A stretch of 64,000 nucleotides of DNA from Candidatus Sysuiplasma jiujiangense (GTDB taxonomy: Archaea > Thermoplasmatota > Thermoplasmata > Sysuiplasmatales > Sysuiplasmataceae), in contig JAHEAD010000002.1 in the NCBI GenBank assembly GCA_019721075.1, forward strand, positions 90,949-154,948, given 5' to 3'. Positions 1 to 9,778 of the stretch are shown in pieces; position 1 is the stretch's first letter; every line of letters begins with the position of its first letter. Both the position numbers and the translations under genes were made by a program. The notes under the pieces were generated by a model. The model was not told the DNA's origin and made no database searches. It worked only from the letters and a program-made list of their open reading frames with translations.

Positions 1-1
1 T

Positions 2-1939
2 GTCTATGTGCCCGGAATCAGTGCCGGTGATCTCTACGGCTACAGGGTTGAAGGACCCTTCAGGCCCGAAGCCGGGCTTCGATTCAACAGGAACAAGCTG
101 CTGATAGACCCGTACGCGAAGGCGCTTACCGGCGTCATAAACTGGAATAACGACATATTCGGATACCAGATGGGCGCGAAGGAAGAAGATCTTACCTTCA
201 ACGCCAGCGATGACGCGTCATTCATCCCGAAATGCATTGTCTGCCGCGATGATTTTGACTGGAAGGGTACGGAGAAACCGTCTCTGCCGTGGAACCGTAC
301 AGTGATATACGAAACGCACACAAAGGGCCTGACGTTCCGGAGAACGGATCTTGACAGAAGCCTGAGAGGAACATACAGAGGCATTTCTTCCCCCCAGATG
401 ATAGCTTATTTCAGAGACCTCGGCATTTCGGCGATTGAACTGATGCCGGTGCACCACAAGGTTGATTCAAAGCATCTTGTGGACAGTGGACTGGTGAACT
501 ACTGGGGGTACAGCACCATCGGATTCTTTGCGCCTGACATCAGGTACGCTTCCGGAACTGAAGCAGCAGCCCAGATAACAGAGTTCAAGGAAATGGTGAG
601 GACCCTGCATGAAAACAACATCGAGGTGATACTCGATGTCGTCTACAATCACACCGCCGAGGGCAACCATCTGGGACCGACGCTCAGCTTCAGAGGCATA
701 GACAATCCCACTTACTACAGGCTGAATCCGGACAATCCGAGATACTACATAGACTTCACAGGCACGGGAAACAGCCTGAATGCCAGCCACCCGCAGGTTC
801 TGCAGCTCATTATGGACAGCCTGAGGTACTGGGTGACAGAAATGCAGGTCGACGGTTTCAGATTCGATCTCGCGTCTACGCTTGCCCGGGAGTTTTACGA
901 AGTCGACAGGCTGTCTTCGTTCTTTGATGTCATCCACCAGGATCCTGTTGTCTCGCAGGTGAAACTGATAGCCGAACCGTGGGATGTCGGTCCCGGAGGA
1001 TACCAGGTAGGAAACTTCCCCATACTGTGGGCCGAATGGAACGGCAAATACAGGGATGCAGTCAGGCACTACTGGAAACATGACCGAAACAACCTCGGGG
1101 AGTTTGCAACAAGGCTATCCGGATCTCCGGATCTTTACAAGGACAACGGCAGGACGCCTCATGCAAGCATCAACTACATCACCTCGCACGACGGCTTCAC
1201 ACTGAATGATCTCGTAAGCTATTCCGTCAAGCACAACGAAGCCAATCAGGAGGGAAACAGAGACGGCATGGACGACAACATAAGCGAGAATTTCGGGGTC
1301 GAAGGCTCATCTGACGACCCGGTCATAAACGAACAGCGGCAGAGGCGGATAAGGAGCTTCCTGATCACGCTTTTCACTTCTCAGGGAGCGCCGATGCTGC
1401 TCGGGGGGGACGAAATAGGAAGGACACAGAGGGGAAACAACAACGCCTACTGCCAGGATAACGAAATAAGCTGGTATGACTGGAATCTGGACAGGGAGAA
1501 GGCCGCACTGCTTGAATTTACTAAAAGGATGATTAAAATCAGGCTTCATTACCATGTGCTCAGGAGGAGAAATTTCCTGCGTGGGGAACTCATGCCGGGC
1601 ACAAACATCAAGGATGTGACATGGATAAGACCTGACGGAACGGAGATGAGAACGGAGGACTGGAATTCGGGAAGGGCGGCAATCGGTGTACTGCTATCCG
1701 GAAAAGGGATTGAGGACATAGGCTACGAAGGCGAGGAAGTGTCGGAGGATGATCTTTTCATACTCTTCAATCCAGAAAGGAAGCCGGTTGAATTCAATGT
1801 TCCCGCCGACTGGTTTTCACAGGAGATACTCATCGACAGCGAAAAGAACAACGCCGGGAGGTATCCCATCCCCATGGACTGGAAGAAGATCACCATCAGG
1901 GAAGGGGGAGCAGCCGTACTGCGCGGAAGGAGAAGCTAG
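2..1939 (+). CDS. treX: Glycogen debranching enzyme/isoamylase (GH13), 5'-truncated by window edge
   Basis: Motifs IYETHTKG, NYWGYSTIGFFAP, DVVYNHTAEG, DGFRFDLA, IAEPWD, NYITSHDGFTL, GNNNAYCQDNE; frame open from base 2. Confidence 0.95.
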   Translation, partial: VYVPGISAGDLYGYRVEGPFRPEAGLRFNRNKLLIDPYAKALTGVINWNNDIFGYQMGAKEEDLTFNASDDASFIPKCIVCRDDFDWKGTEKPSLPWNRTVIYETHTKGLTFRRTDLDRSLRGTYRGISSPQMIAYFRDLGISAIELMPVHHKVDSKHLVDSGLVNYWGYSTIGFFAPDIRYASGTEAAAQITEFKEMVRTLHENNIEVILDVVYNHTAEGNHLGPTLSFRGIDNPTYYRLNPDNPRYYIDFTGTGNSLNASHPQVLQLIMDSLRYWVTEMQVDGFRFDLASTLAREFYEVDRLSSFFDVIHQDPVVSQVKLIAEPWDVGPGGYQVGNFPILWAEWNGKYRDAVRHYWKHDRNNLGEFATRLSGSPDLYKDNGRTPHASINYITSHDGFTLNDLVSYSVKHNEANQEGNRDGMDDNISENFGVEGSSDDPVINEQRQRRIRSFLITLFTSQGAPMLLGGDEIGRTQRGNNNAYCQDNEISWYDWNLDREKAALLEFTKRMIKIRLHYHVLRRRNFLRGELMPGTNIKDVTWIRPDGTEMRTEDWNSGRAAIGVLLSGKGIEDIGYEGEEVSEDDLFILFNPERKPVEFNVPADWFSQEILIDSEKNNAGRYPIPMDWKKITIREGGAAVLRGRRS

Positions 1940-3705
1940 AGAAGAAGCGCTGCAAGTGAGAACGGCTTCAGGGAAAACATATCATAGTTTTCTTCCGCAT
2001 TCAGGCCGCCGAATGCGTTACGGCCGGAATCCAGAAGCATCCTTCTGAACCCTCCATGAACCTTAGTTTCCCTGCTGCCCGTATTGACCAGCACTTTCAG
2101 ACCGCTTGAATAGGTTATTTCGAGCATGCCCTCGTCAGAAAGGGAGGATTTGACATTCTCTGTGTGCCCGATGATGAACTTCCTGCGTATATCTATGAGC
2201 GCCCTGTAATGCTGCATTATTCGAAGATTTGCATCCCCGCCAGTATTCCATTTTAGCTTTGATGCCTCAAACGTGGATAAGGCATTCGGATCAGGCGTCT
2301 GCTCCCAGCCAAACCTGCTGAATTCCATTCTTCTGCCCTCCCTGATCGCAGCTGCAAAGGCAGCGTCATCTGTATCGACGAAAAACAGGAACGGCGCCGT
2401 CTCACCGTATTCCTCCCCCATGAACAGCATCGGCGTGAACGGGGAGAGCAGCACAAGTCCTGCCGCTGTCTTCAGCCTCTCTTCATCCACAAGCGACGAA
2501 AGACGTTCGCCAAACGCCCTGTTTCCTACCTGATCATGGTTCTGAGAAAAGACTATCAGCCTGGAAAATGAACGATTCCCCCATTCAGATCCCCTAAGCC
2601 TGTGCAGATAACGGGAATACTGGCCCGTATAGACATAACCATTGCGAAGTGCTCTTAAGACCATATGCGCGCCCGTGTAGTCCCCGTAATAGCCCAGGTG
2701 CTCACCGGTCAGCATGGTGTGTATGGAGTGGTGATAATCGTCGTTCCACTGCGCCGTCAGTCCGTAACCGCAGTGTTTTATATCGTTTACGACGCGCGGA
2801 TCATTCAGGTCGCTTTCGGCGATCAGCAGCAGGCGTCTGCCTGTCGCAATTGAAATCTTCTCCACTTTCTCAGACAATTCCGCAAGTATGTGTTTCGGCG
2901 AGTTGTCGATTATACCATGAATTGCATCGAGACGCAGACCGTCAAAACAATAATGTGTAAGCCAGTAGGATGCGTTTTCAAGCATGAAATTTCTGACAGG
3001 ATCCGAGTACGGACCGTCGTAATTTATGGCCCTGCCCCAGGGTGTGGTGTACCTTTCACTGTAGAACGGCCCGAACTTTGAAAAGTAGTTTCCGACAGGA
3101 CCCAGATGGTTGTACACGACATCCAGTATTACAGATATGCCGGATTTGTGCATCTCAGACACCAGATGCACAAGATCCTCCGGCCTCCCGTAGCTGTTCT
3201 GGGGGGCGTAGAGATAGACACCGTCGTATCCCCAGTTTCTACTGCCGTAGAACTGGGCGACCGGCATAAGTTCGACTGCGTTGATACCCATGTCCACAAG
3301 ATGAGGTATCTTCTCTTCGGCAGATCTGAATGTGCCTTCACCGGTGAATGTGCCGACATGTATTTCCTCAATAACCATTTCCCCCAGATCCAAACCTGGC
3401 GATCTGAATTCCGCCTTCAGTGAACCGGTGTCAACCACCTGGGAGAAACCAAGGACACCGTCTGGCTGGTATCTCGAAGATGGATCAGGAAACGGACCAT
3501 CCCCATCCAGCACATATGCGTATCTCGCTCCGAAGTGCTTCCCCTCCAGCGCGTACTCCCAGAAACCGTCGTCCAGTGCGTGCATTTCGAATTTTTTTCC
3601 GTCGCCCAGAATCAGGAACACACTGCTTCTGAACGGAGCCCACGTTCTGAAGACAGTTCTTTCCGCAGTAGCTTGCGGTCCCATTGAAAAATTGTATTCA
3701 GTCAT
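1936..3705 (-). CDS. treZ: Malto-oligosyltrehalose trehalohydrolase
   Basis: RNWGYDGV, DVVYNHLGP, DGLRLDAIH, IAESDLNDP, QNHDQVGNRAFGERL; ATG 3705 overlaps the treY stop. Confidence 0.95.
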   Translation of the reverse strand: MTEYNFSMGPQATAERTVFRTWAPFRSSVFLILGDGKKFEMHALDDGFWEYALEGKHFGARYAYVLDGDGPFPDPSSRYQPDGVLGFSQVVDTGSLKAEFRSPGLDLGEMVIEEIHVGTFTGEGTFRSAEEKIPHLVDMGINAVELMPVAQFYGSRNWGYDGVYLYAPQNSYGRPEDLVHLVSEMHKSGISVILDVVYNHLGPVGNYFSKFGPFYSERYTTPWGRAINYDGPYSDPVRNFMLENASYWLTHYCFDGLRLDAIHGIIDNSPKHILAELSEKVEKISIATGRRLLLIAESDLNDPRVVNDIKHCGYGLTAQWNDDYHHSIHTMLTGEHLGYYGDYTGAHMVLRALRNGYVYTGQYSRYLHRLRGSEWGNRSFSRLIVFSQNHDQVGNRAFGERLSSLVDEERLKTAAGLVLLSPFTPMLFMGEEYGETAPFLFFVDTDDAAFAAAIREGRRMEFSRFGWEQTPDPNALSTFEASKLKWNTGGDANLRIMQHYRALIDIRRKFIIGHTENVKSSLSDEGMLEITYSSGLKVLVNTGSRETKVHGGFRRMLLDSGRNAFGGLNAEENYDMFSLKPFSLAALLL

Positions 3706-6514
3706 TGACCAGACCCTCCACTTCTTCACTGGCTAACACTGCAACGGGGAAACTGCGGAACATGTCTGCAATATCCACGGTGTCTTCGGTTCCCCGGTTT
3801 ATCGTGATCTCCGTTCCGTCTCCAAATATGCTGATTACAGATGAAGGATGGTTTTCAGGAAGAATTAGGCTGCATTTCTTCATGTGGCCCGGCAGAAACC
3901 TGGGCGCTCCCGTGAATTCCAAATCATATGAAAAGAGAGGCAAACATACGGCGATCCATTTTTTCCCGGTTCGCCTGCAGAACGAAATGAAACTGTCGTT
4001 ATTACGTGTGAGCTTCACCGGCATGTATTCGCCCTCGACGAACAAGTCCTGATTGTTCTTCCTCAGAGAGAGCAGACGGGCAGTAGTGTAAAATTTGATA
4101 AAACCGCTCGTAAAATCGGAGCGTGAACACGATGGCTGTTTTCCCGAGTCGACGAGCTTTCTGTAGCGTGACATGTGCCTGCGGAGGGTTCTGAAATCAG
4201 CGGGCCTCCTGTTGTCGGGATCGACGAAACTGAAATTCCAAGATTCACTTCCGCGGTAGATGTCCGGTATACCCGGACAGGTTAGCTTTAGAACAGCGAG
4301 GGACAGCGATTTGAGATAACCCCTGAAAGCTATCCTTTCATGAAAGCCGGAGACTCCGTTGCTGCGATCTGCATCAAACTCCTTCAGAGCACGACGGGCA
4401 AATTCAATGCACGCCTTCTCATAAGCGGGACATGGCGAATCCCATGAAGTATTGACCGATGCTTCCCTCATTGCCTTCACAAGATAGGCTGAAAGTCTCC
4501 TGCTGTACTGCCTGCGTTCATTTTTCGTGAACGGAAAGGAGCCTGCTATTGCCTGATATATCCGGTACTCGTCATTTCTATCCGGTGCGATCGCTCCGTT
4601 CGCCTTCCTTCTGAACTTTCTATTCCGGGCAGACCATTTTATTACATTCCTTATCCAGAGGTCCGGCAGTTCGGAGAGCACGCTGATCCTCATCCTGAGG
4701 TCCTCTCCGATTTTTGTATCGTGCGTGGAGGTTGCGTTTATCGAATAAGGGGATTCGCGAAAGCGCCTGAGCACCTTTTCATGAAATGCGCTTACGGTCA
4801 TTGCATCTCCATCAGGCGAGTGACCAATGGCATTGACGGAAAGAAGAGCAATCTCCCTGTAAAAAAGAGTGTCCTCGATGCCCTTTGCATAAACTGCCGG
4901 CATAAATTGCTGGAGACGGCTTACGGCCGAGAGGCAGCCACTGTCCAGGGGGGACTTCTGCAGCACCCGTTCAATGCAGCTAAGTGCAGGCAAGAGACAG
5001 GGGCGGTGCCTGGCGGCAGCCCTGATTGCCACGTTCATGCGTGACTTCCCGTTTTCATTAACATCCTCGGCGGAAGAAAGAGCAACGTACGTCCGGTATA
5101 CCGGTATTCTGGCAAGCATTTCCACAACAGCCTCCCCCATTTCCGTGCCTGTAGGGTAATCAGAAATACCTGCAGCCCTGGCCTGAGACAGCATTCTGGC
5201 TGAAATTACTTCTATATCACCCTGAAAATACCTCGCCATTATTTCCTTCTTCAGCGACACAGTCTCCTCGTCTCCGCCCGGCCGCGATTTAGTCAGATAA
5301 CGGTAGAATTTGCGAATCCTGCGAACACCGTCGCTTTTGTGCAAAAGCAGGTTTGACCAGTTCAGGAAATCATATCCGGTAGTTCCCTCTGCGTTCCAGT
5401 CATGCGGCAGCACTTCATTGCCTGAAAGGATCTTTTCCACCACGATGTACCTGTTACCGGTAGCCTTCCTGAGTCTTCCGAGGTATTCGGCAGGTTCGGA
5501 TATTCCGTCGATATGGTCCACCCTTGTGCCGGCGAACAATCCGTCCCTGCACAGTTCGGCCAGCCGGCTGTTTACGGTGGCGAAATTCTCCTCATCCTCT
5601 ATGCGGCAGCATATCAGGTCGTTGACAGCAAAGAAACGTCTGTAATTGATTTCGCTTCTCGAACTTTGCCAGTGACGTGGCACAAAATTCTGCAGCTGCA
5701 TCAGACGTCTTATGGCATTAACGTCTGAATTTATTTTCTTGACGGCATTTTCAAAAGCAGCGTATTCCATGCCTCCCGGAATCAGACTCGAAATTAAGCT
5801 GACAGACACGCCAGTTTCTGAAGAAAGCTCATCCAGAGGAATACTGCAGAGAGCAGGGATGTTGTAGCCTTTCATTGCTCCTGTAACTATTGAATATGTC
5901 AGAGAGGAGGCGGGCAGTTTGAATCCTCCGATATCAACGAGCATGGGATAGGATGCACACAACTTCACCTGCCTGTGCCTGATCAAATCGTCCACTGAGC
6001 GGTTGAAAAAAGGAGCGATGAGCTTGTCGCGAATGACAGCATTCGGATGATTCCACTCAATGTCAAAGAAATTCCGATACACGGACTTTCTGCCATGGAT
6101 CAGGACATCGGTAAGAATCTCGTTTGCAGGATCGAAAGCCATATGGTTCGGAACGATGTCCTGAACCCAGACTATCCCATTGTCTTGCAGCGCATCAATG
6201 AGTCTGCGCAATGAACGTTCTCCGCCTAGCTCTTCTCTTACCCTGCTGTGATTGGTTACATCATAGCCATGACTGCTCAATCTCCTTGACTCAAAAATCG
6301 GTGAAGCGTAAATTGCGGAGATTCCCAATCCTGAGAAATAATCCACAAGAATCGCGGCATCTGCGAATCCGAATTCCGGGGTGAACTGCAGCCTGTACAT
6401 GGAGTTGAACGGTGGCTTTACATTCCTGTGCGTGCTATCGACTCGTGCTTTGGCGTAAGCATGTCCGGCACACACTGCGTGAAAAGTTATCACCGCAGTT
6501 TCAAATGAGCTCAT
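3698..6514 (-). CDS. treY: Malto-oligosyltrehalose synthase (start uncertain)
   Basis: YRLQF, SHGYDV, DIVPNHMA, INYRRFFAVNDL, RVDHIDG, VVEKIL, TSTHDTK, VDPDNRRP. Confidence 0.93.
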   Translation of the reverse strand: MSSFETAVITFHAVCAGHAYAKARVDSTHRNVKPPFNSMYRLQFTPEFGFADAAILVDYFSGLGISAIYASPIFESRRLSSHGYDVTNHSRVREELGGERSLRRLIDALQDNGIVWVQDIVPNHMAFDPANEILTDVLIHGRKSVYRNFFDIEWNHPNAVIRDKLIAPFFNRSVDDLIRHRQVKLCASYPMLVDIGGFKLPASSLTYSIVTGAMKGYNIPALCSIPLDELSSETGVSVSLISSLIPGGMEYAAFENAVKKINSDVNAIRRLMQLQNFVPRHWQSSRSEINYRRFFAVNDLICCRIEDEENFATVNSRLAELCRDGLFAGTRVDHIDGISEPAEYLGRLRKATGNRYIVVEKILSGNEVLPHDWNAEGTTGYDFLNWSNLLLHKSDGVRRIRKFYRYLTKSRPGGDEETVSLKKEIMARYFQGDIEVISARMLSQARAAGISDYPTGTEMGEAVVEMLARIPVYRTYVALSSAEDVNENGKSRMNVAIRAAARHRPCLLPALSCIERVLQKSPLDSGCLSAVSRLQQFMPAVYAKGIEDTLFYREIALLSVNAIGHSPDGDAMTVSAFHEKVLRRFRESPYSINATSTHDTKIGEDLRMRISVLSELPDLWIRNVIKWSARNRKFRRKANGAIAPDRNDEYRIYQAIAGSFPFTKNERRQYSRRLSAYLVKAMREASVNTSWDSPCPAYEKACIEFARRALKEFDADRSNGVSGFHERIAFRGYLKSLSLAVLKLTCPGIPDIYRGSESWNFSFVDPDNRRPADFRTLRRHMSRYRKLVDSGKQPSCSRSDFTSGFIKFYTTARLLSLRKNNQDLFVEGEYMPVKLTRNNDSFISFCRRTGKKWIAVCLPLFSYDLEFTGAPRFLPGHMKKCSLILPENHPSSVISIFGDGTEITINRGTEDTVDIADMFRSFPVAVLASEEVEGLVND

Positions 6515-6611
6515 CTAATAAAAATCTGATTGATGTTTTTACAAATGCCCTTCCATGACTTATTCATCATCCTGCAACACTGCCACAGACCGAAACAGGC
6601 AGACATCAAAT

Positions 6612-6635
6612 GCGCTTAAACTCGCGCTTAAACTC
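6612..6635. repeat. 12-bp tandem duplication GCGCTTAAACTC x2
   Basis: Exact copies at 6612-6623 and 6624-6635. Confidence 0.85.
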
Positions 6636-6687
6636 GGGCCGGAAACGTCTGCATATGCCAATAGCGACAGCCATCGTGAGCATAAAG

Positions 6688-6796
6688 TCCCGACTCCCGG
6701 ATTTGAACCGGGGACCTGCTGATATCAGCGGCTAAAATCGGACTTGCCGACAACACAACTACAGTCAGCCGCTCTTCCAGTCTAAGCTAAGTCGGG
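6688..6796 (-). tRNA. tRNA-Tyr(GTA) with 35-nt intron at position 37/38 (intron 6724-6758)
   Basis: Minus strand CCCGACT...AGTCGGG acceptor stem, GCTGA-CT-GTA-G/intron/A-TCAGC anticodon arm, CCCGG-TTCAAAT-CCGGG T arm; AT-rich TATA-like tract about 25 nt upstream. Confidence 0.95.
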
Positions 6797-7331
6797 TCAG
6801 AAGGAATTGCAATTAATATTAATTATTTATTGTGTAACAAAGCGGCTTTTCAGTTGAAATGTAGCGAAAGAACTCTCTGCACACCTTGGGAACGCGGAAT
6901 TTCTGCCAGACTCATTTGGGAGACAGCGGGACGGCAAAATATGCCTGAACAATTTGCTGAAATCACTCATGCCGGCAAAATTCAGCCACACACTCCATAA
7001 CACCGGAATGCAGTGATATCTGATGGTTTCCGTTTCATATCGACGTGACCGCTGTCTGCGTTCAAGACAGAGAGGCAATATCGGTCCGAGGAAGGAACAC
7101 GGGTAACCGCGGAGATTGCGTGTCAGTGGATTGTGGAACGCCGGCTGTCTCCCGACAGGTTACTCCTGCCAATACATGCTGCTGCTCTCAAAAGATTTCA
7201 GCATGGTGTAGAGGCGTATCACGCTTCTGCTGCTTTGCTGAAACAGCAGCATCTGTCTGGTGCCATAAGAAGCGGAGTGGACATCGCGGTGGGGAGAAAC
7301 ATTTAACCGCTGGAAACTTAGGAGGTGAAGC

Positions 7332-7427
7332 ATGCAGTGGCCGCACGATGAAAGAGGCATTCCCCGGAAAGACTCATTTCACATCAACCCGGGCAAATTC
7401 ATCGCACTGAGCGTATTCCACAAATGA
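7332..7427 (+). CDS. Putative 31-aa small peptide MQWPHDERGIPRKDSFHINPGKFIALSVFHK
   Basis: GGAGGTGA at 7321-7328 precedes the ATG; AAACATTTAA promoter-like element at about 7297-7306; no recognisable homology. Confidence 0.3.
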   Translation: MQWPHDERGIPRKDSFHINPGKFIALSVFHK

Positions 7428-7522
7428 GAGTTTTTTCACAAAGCCTTTTGCAAGTGAAATATTAAATATGCCTTTCGTATTTGTCTGACATAAGAGGTCT
7501 AATAGACCTGCGAGTGATTGTA

Positions 7523-7762
7523 GTGGACGAACAGGATCTTGAGAAAGTAACAATAAGGTTGCCGCCCCGCTATCTTCAGGCGCTTGACTTCCTGGTCAAG
7601 GTAGACGACTTTCCGTCCCGTTCTGAAGCCATCAGGAGTGCGGTCAGAGACCTGATATATCAGCGTGTAGAGACTGTAATGGATAAGCTGAAGAAACTAT
7701 CCGAAGCTGACAGGACACTTGCTGAACTTGAGGAGTTTGAAAGAAAATTTCTCAACAAGTGA
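7523..7762 (+). CDS. Ribbon-helix-helix regulator, CdrS-like
   Basis: EKVTIRLP...FPSRSEAIRSAVRDLI resembles the haloarchaeal CdrS pattern (VTLRIP...FPNRSEAIRSAVR); GTG start assumed. Confidence 0.8.
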   Translation: MDEQDLEKVTIRLPPRYLQALDFLVKVDDFPSRSEAIRSAVRDLIYQRVETVMDKLKKLSEADRTLAELEEFERKFLNK

Positions 7763-7777
7763 GAAAGGGAACCCAAA

Positions 7778-7858
7778 GGAGGGAAGTTTGAGCCCTGATG
7801 GATGGGATGCGCTCTGAGGGACTCAGATTACAGTTCAGAACCCTCTTTATTTTTTTAT
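7778..7858 (+). terminator. Hairpin followed by T-rich tract between convergent genes
   Basis: AGTTTGAGCCCT (7785-7796) pairs with AGGGACTCAGATT (7817-7829); GAGGG/CCCTC outer stem; T-run 7846-7856. Confidence 0.5.
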
Positions 7859-7890
7859 TCGCCCTCGATGCTTCGATGGTTCTCTGATGC

Positions 7891-8664
7891 TCAGCCGATG
7901 TAGCCCAGATCTTCCTTCCGCTCTGTTCCCGGTTCCTGGCCCTGCTGCGTTTCGAAATCCCTGATTCTCGCAGTGAGCTGGTCTATCTGCTGAGCCTTGT
8001 GTCTCAATGCCTCGTAGTCTATCTTTACGCCGACGACCTTCACCAGTATATTCAGAACTGCTTCGGCAGCCCTGGGATCCGCAAGATAACCGGAAGTCTC
8101 ACCCATAAGGCAGACACTCCTCATCCCGTAATTAATTCCAAGGCCAAGAAGAAGTCCGCTCGCTCCGACTATGCCGCTTCCGGGCTCCCCCTTGGAGAAA
8201 ACGACGCCAAGATTCCTCATTTCCTCCACGAGGTCGAGATCTGTAGCTGCCCCGAGGACCCTGGGTTTCTCTATCATCTTTCCGACTCCATATCCGCCAA
8301 GCGTGAATACTTTCTGGACACCGAGTTCGCTTATAAATGCGAGAACCCTGTCGGAAAGCAGATACTGTCCTTCGGGAGAAATTCCCTGGTAATCGCCTAC
8401 AAGGAAAACAATGTCATTGGCACTGTCCGGCCTTGTCACATAGTAAAATTCGTTTGAAACCAGTTTAACCAGACCGTCGTCATGGACCAGTACCTGGGGG
8501 GGAAAATATTTCGAGAAGATTTCAGCAAATTTAACTGCCTTGAGCTGGTCAATCAGGTGCTCTGCCGCCAGCTTTCCAACGTTCCCGACGCCTGGAAGTC
8601 CTTCTATGAAAATCGGATTTTTCAATTTAGGCTTTTCAATGAGTTTTAAATGTATATCGTCCAA
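7891..8664 (-). CDS. Proteasome assembly chaperone PAC2 family (COG2047)
   Basis: IEGLPGVGNVGKLAAEHL, FPPQV, TLGGYG, CLMGETSGY...DP; conserved position after nop10. Confidence 0.92.
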   Translation of the reverse strand: MDDIHLKLIEKPKLKNPIFIEGLPGVGNVGKLAAEHLIDQLKAVKFAEIFSKYFPPQVLVHDDGLVKLVSNEFYYVTRPDSANDIVFLVGDYQGISPEGQYLLSDRVLAFISELGVQKVFTLGGYGVGKMIEKPRVLGAATDLDLVEEMRNLGVVFSKGEPGSGIVGASGLLLGLGINYGMRSVCLMGETSGYLADPRAAEAVLNILVKVVGVKIDYEALRHKAQQIDQLTARIRDFETQQGQEPGTERKEDLGYIG

Positions 8665-8667
8665 GAC

Positions 8668-8853
8668 TCATTCCTCCTTCTCAACCGTTTCTCTGCTTAC
8701 CTTCTCAATGAGCGCCCTTCTGTAGGCAGCGTACTTGTCCCCGGGGGAATATCTCATCGGGATAGTGGTCCTCGTAACGTTACCGTCCACAGGACATTTT
8801 TCTGACATTGTATATGCACCGCATTTCGGACACTTGAATATCAGGCTTCTCAA
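8668..8853 (-). CDS. nop10: H/ACA RNP subunit Nop10
   Basis: KCPKCGAYTMSEKCP...PMRYSPGDKYAAYRR; follows aIF2alpha. Confidence 0.92.
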   Translation of the reverse strand: MRSLIFKCPKCGAYTMSEKCPVDGNVTRTTIPMRYSPGDKYAAYRRALIEKVSRETVEKEE

Positions 8854-8995
8854 ACCGATCAGCTCATTCTCCCATCGGGGCGTGCTTATTTCCGGGGCAT
8901 TTTCTATTAACCCGGGTATAACTATTTTAATCTAGCTGTAGTCAAAGCGGTCCAGCATTTTTCCCGCTGCCGGATGATCCTGCAAGCTGAGGGAT

Positions 8996-9778
8996 CTACT
9001 GACTTCTTGTGAATTTGGCTGCACCGCCCAGCTTTGTCATTGTCTTTACCGCTTTCTCAGAACTCTTTCTGATCTCTTCCTCGGCTTTCTTGTAGTCTGA
9101 TGCGGTAACGAGCAGCCTGTATTTCGGGGCACCGATGTACTGGACTGTGACCTCAAAATTTTCACCGCTGTTCAGCGCTTCTTTGAGGGCGCTCTTTATA
9201 TCCTCAACACCTTCGGGTTTCTGTGTCGTGAGCTCAAGCAGGCCGTCTATTGTCACTGAAGGGGGGGTTATGTTTTCCTTGGCTATCTTTTCAAACGGCT
9301 CGACCCAGTCACCGCTGAAACCGGCCTTCTTCAGGGCAGCCTTTTCGCCTGCGGCAGCCTCATATGCCGCATACAGTGTTCCGAATTCTTCGATCAGCTT
9401 GAGGCCGGTCTCCTGGTAGAATGCTGCTGGTTCTCTGCCCAGCTTTTCGGCCAGTATATCCAGTATCTTCCTGGCTTTGTTCTCGTTCTTCCACTGCTGT
9501 ATCTTCTCTCTTCTCTGGTGGTCGTTCACCTGCTTCAGGCTAAGATTCACATGCCCTTTGCTGCGATCCACCTCGATGACCTTGCATACGGTCTTCTGCC
9601 CCTCCTTCACGTAATCCCGGATGTACTTCACCCAGCCGGTGGCGATTTCGCTCACATGGATGAAGCCCTCCCTGGAACCGTATTCGTCAAGGGAAACAAA
9701 GGCACCGAAGTTCTTGACGCTCTGAACAGTGCAGACTACCAGCTCGCCTTCTTCCGGATATTCAGGAACTGACGGCAT
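8996..9778 (-). CDS. eif2a: Translation initiation factor aIF2 alpha
   Basis: YPEEGELVVCTV S1 domain, GFIHVSEIATGWVKYIRDYVKEGQ, YIGAPKYR. Confidence 0.96.
   Translation of the reverse strand: MPSVPEYPEEGELVVCTVQSVKNFGAFVSLDEYGSREGFIHVSEIATGWVKYIRDYVKEGQKTVCKVIEVDRSKGHVNLSLKQVNDHQRREKIQQWKNENKARKILDILAEKLGREPAAFYQETGLKLIEEFGTLYAAYEAAAGEKAALKKAGFSGDWVEPFEKIAKENITPPSVTIDGLLELTTQKPEGVEDIKSALKEALNSGENFEVTVQYIGAPKYRLLVTASDYKKAEEEIRKSSEKAVKTMTKLGGAAKFTRSQ

Noticed and set aside
6827..7410. Track ORFs 6827-7078, 7045-7410 and 7160-7360, or RNase P/SRP RNA in this gap
   Set aside because: No protein motifs and mutually overlapping; no GAGGAAAGTCC or SRP helix-8 signature; only a few short hairpins
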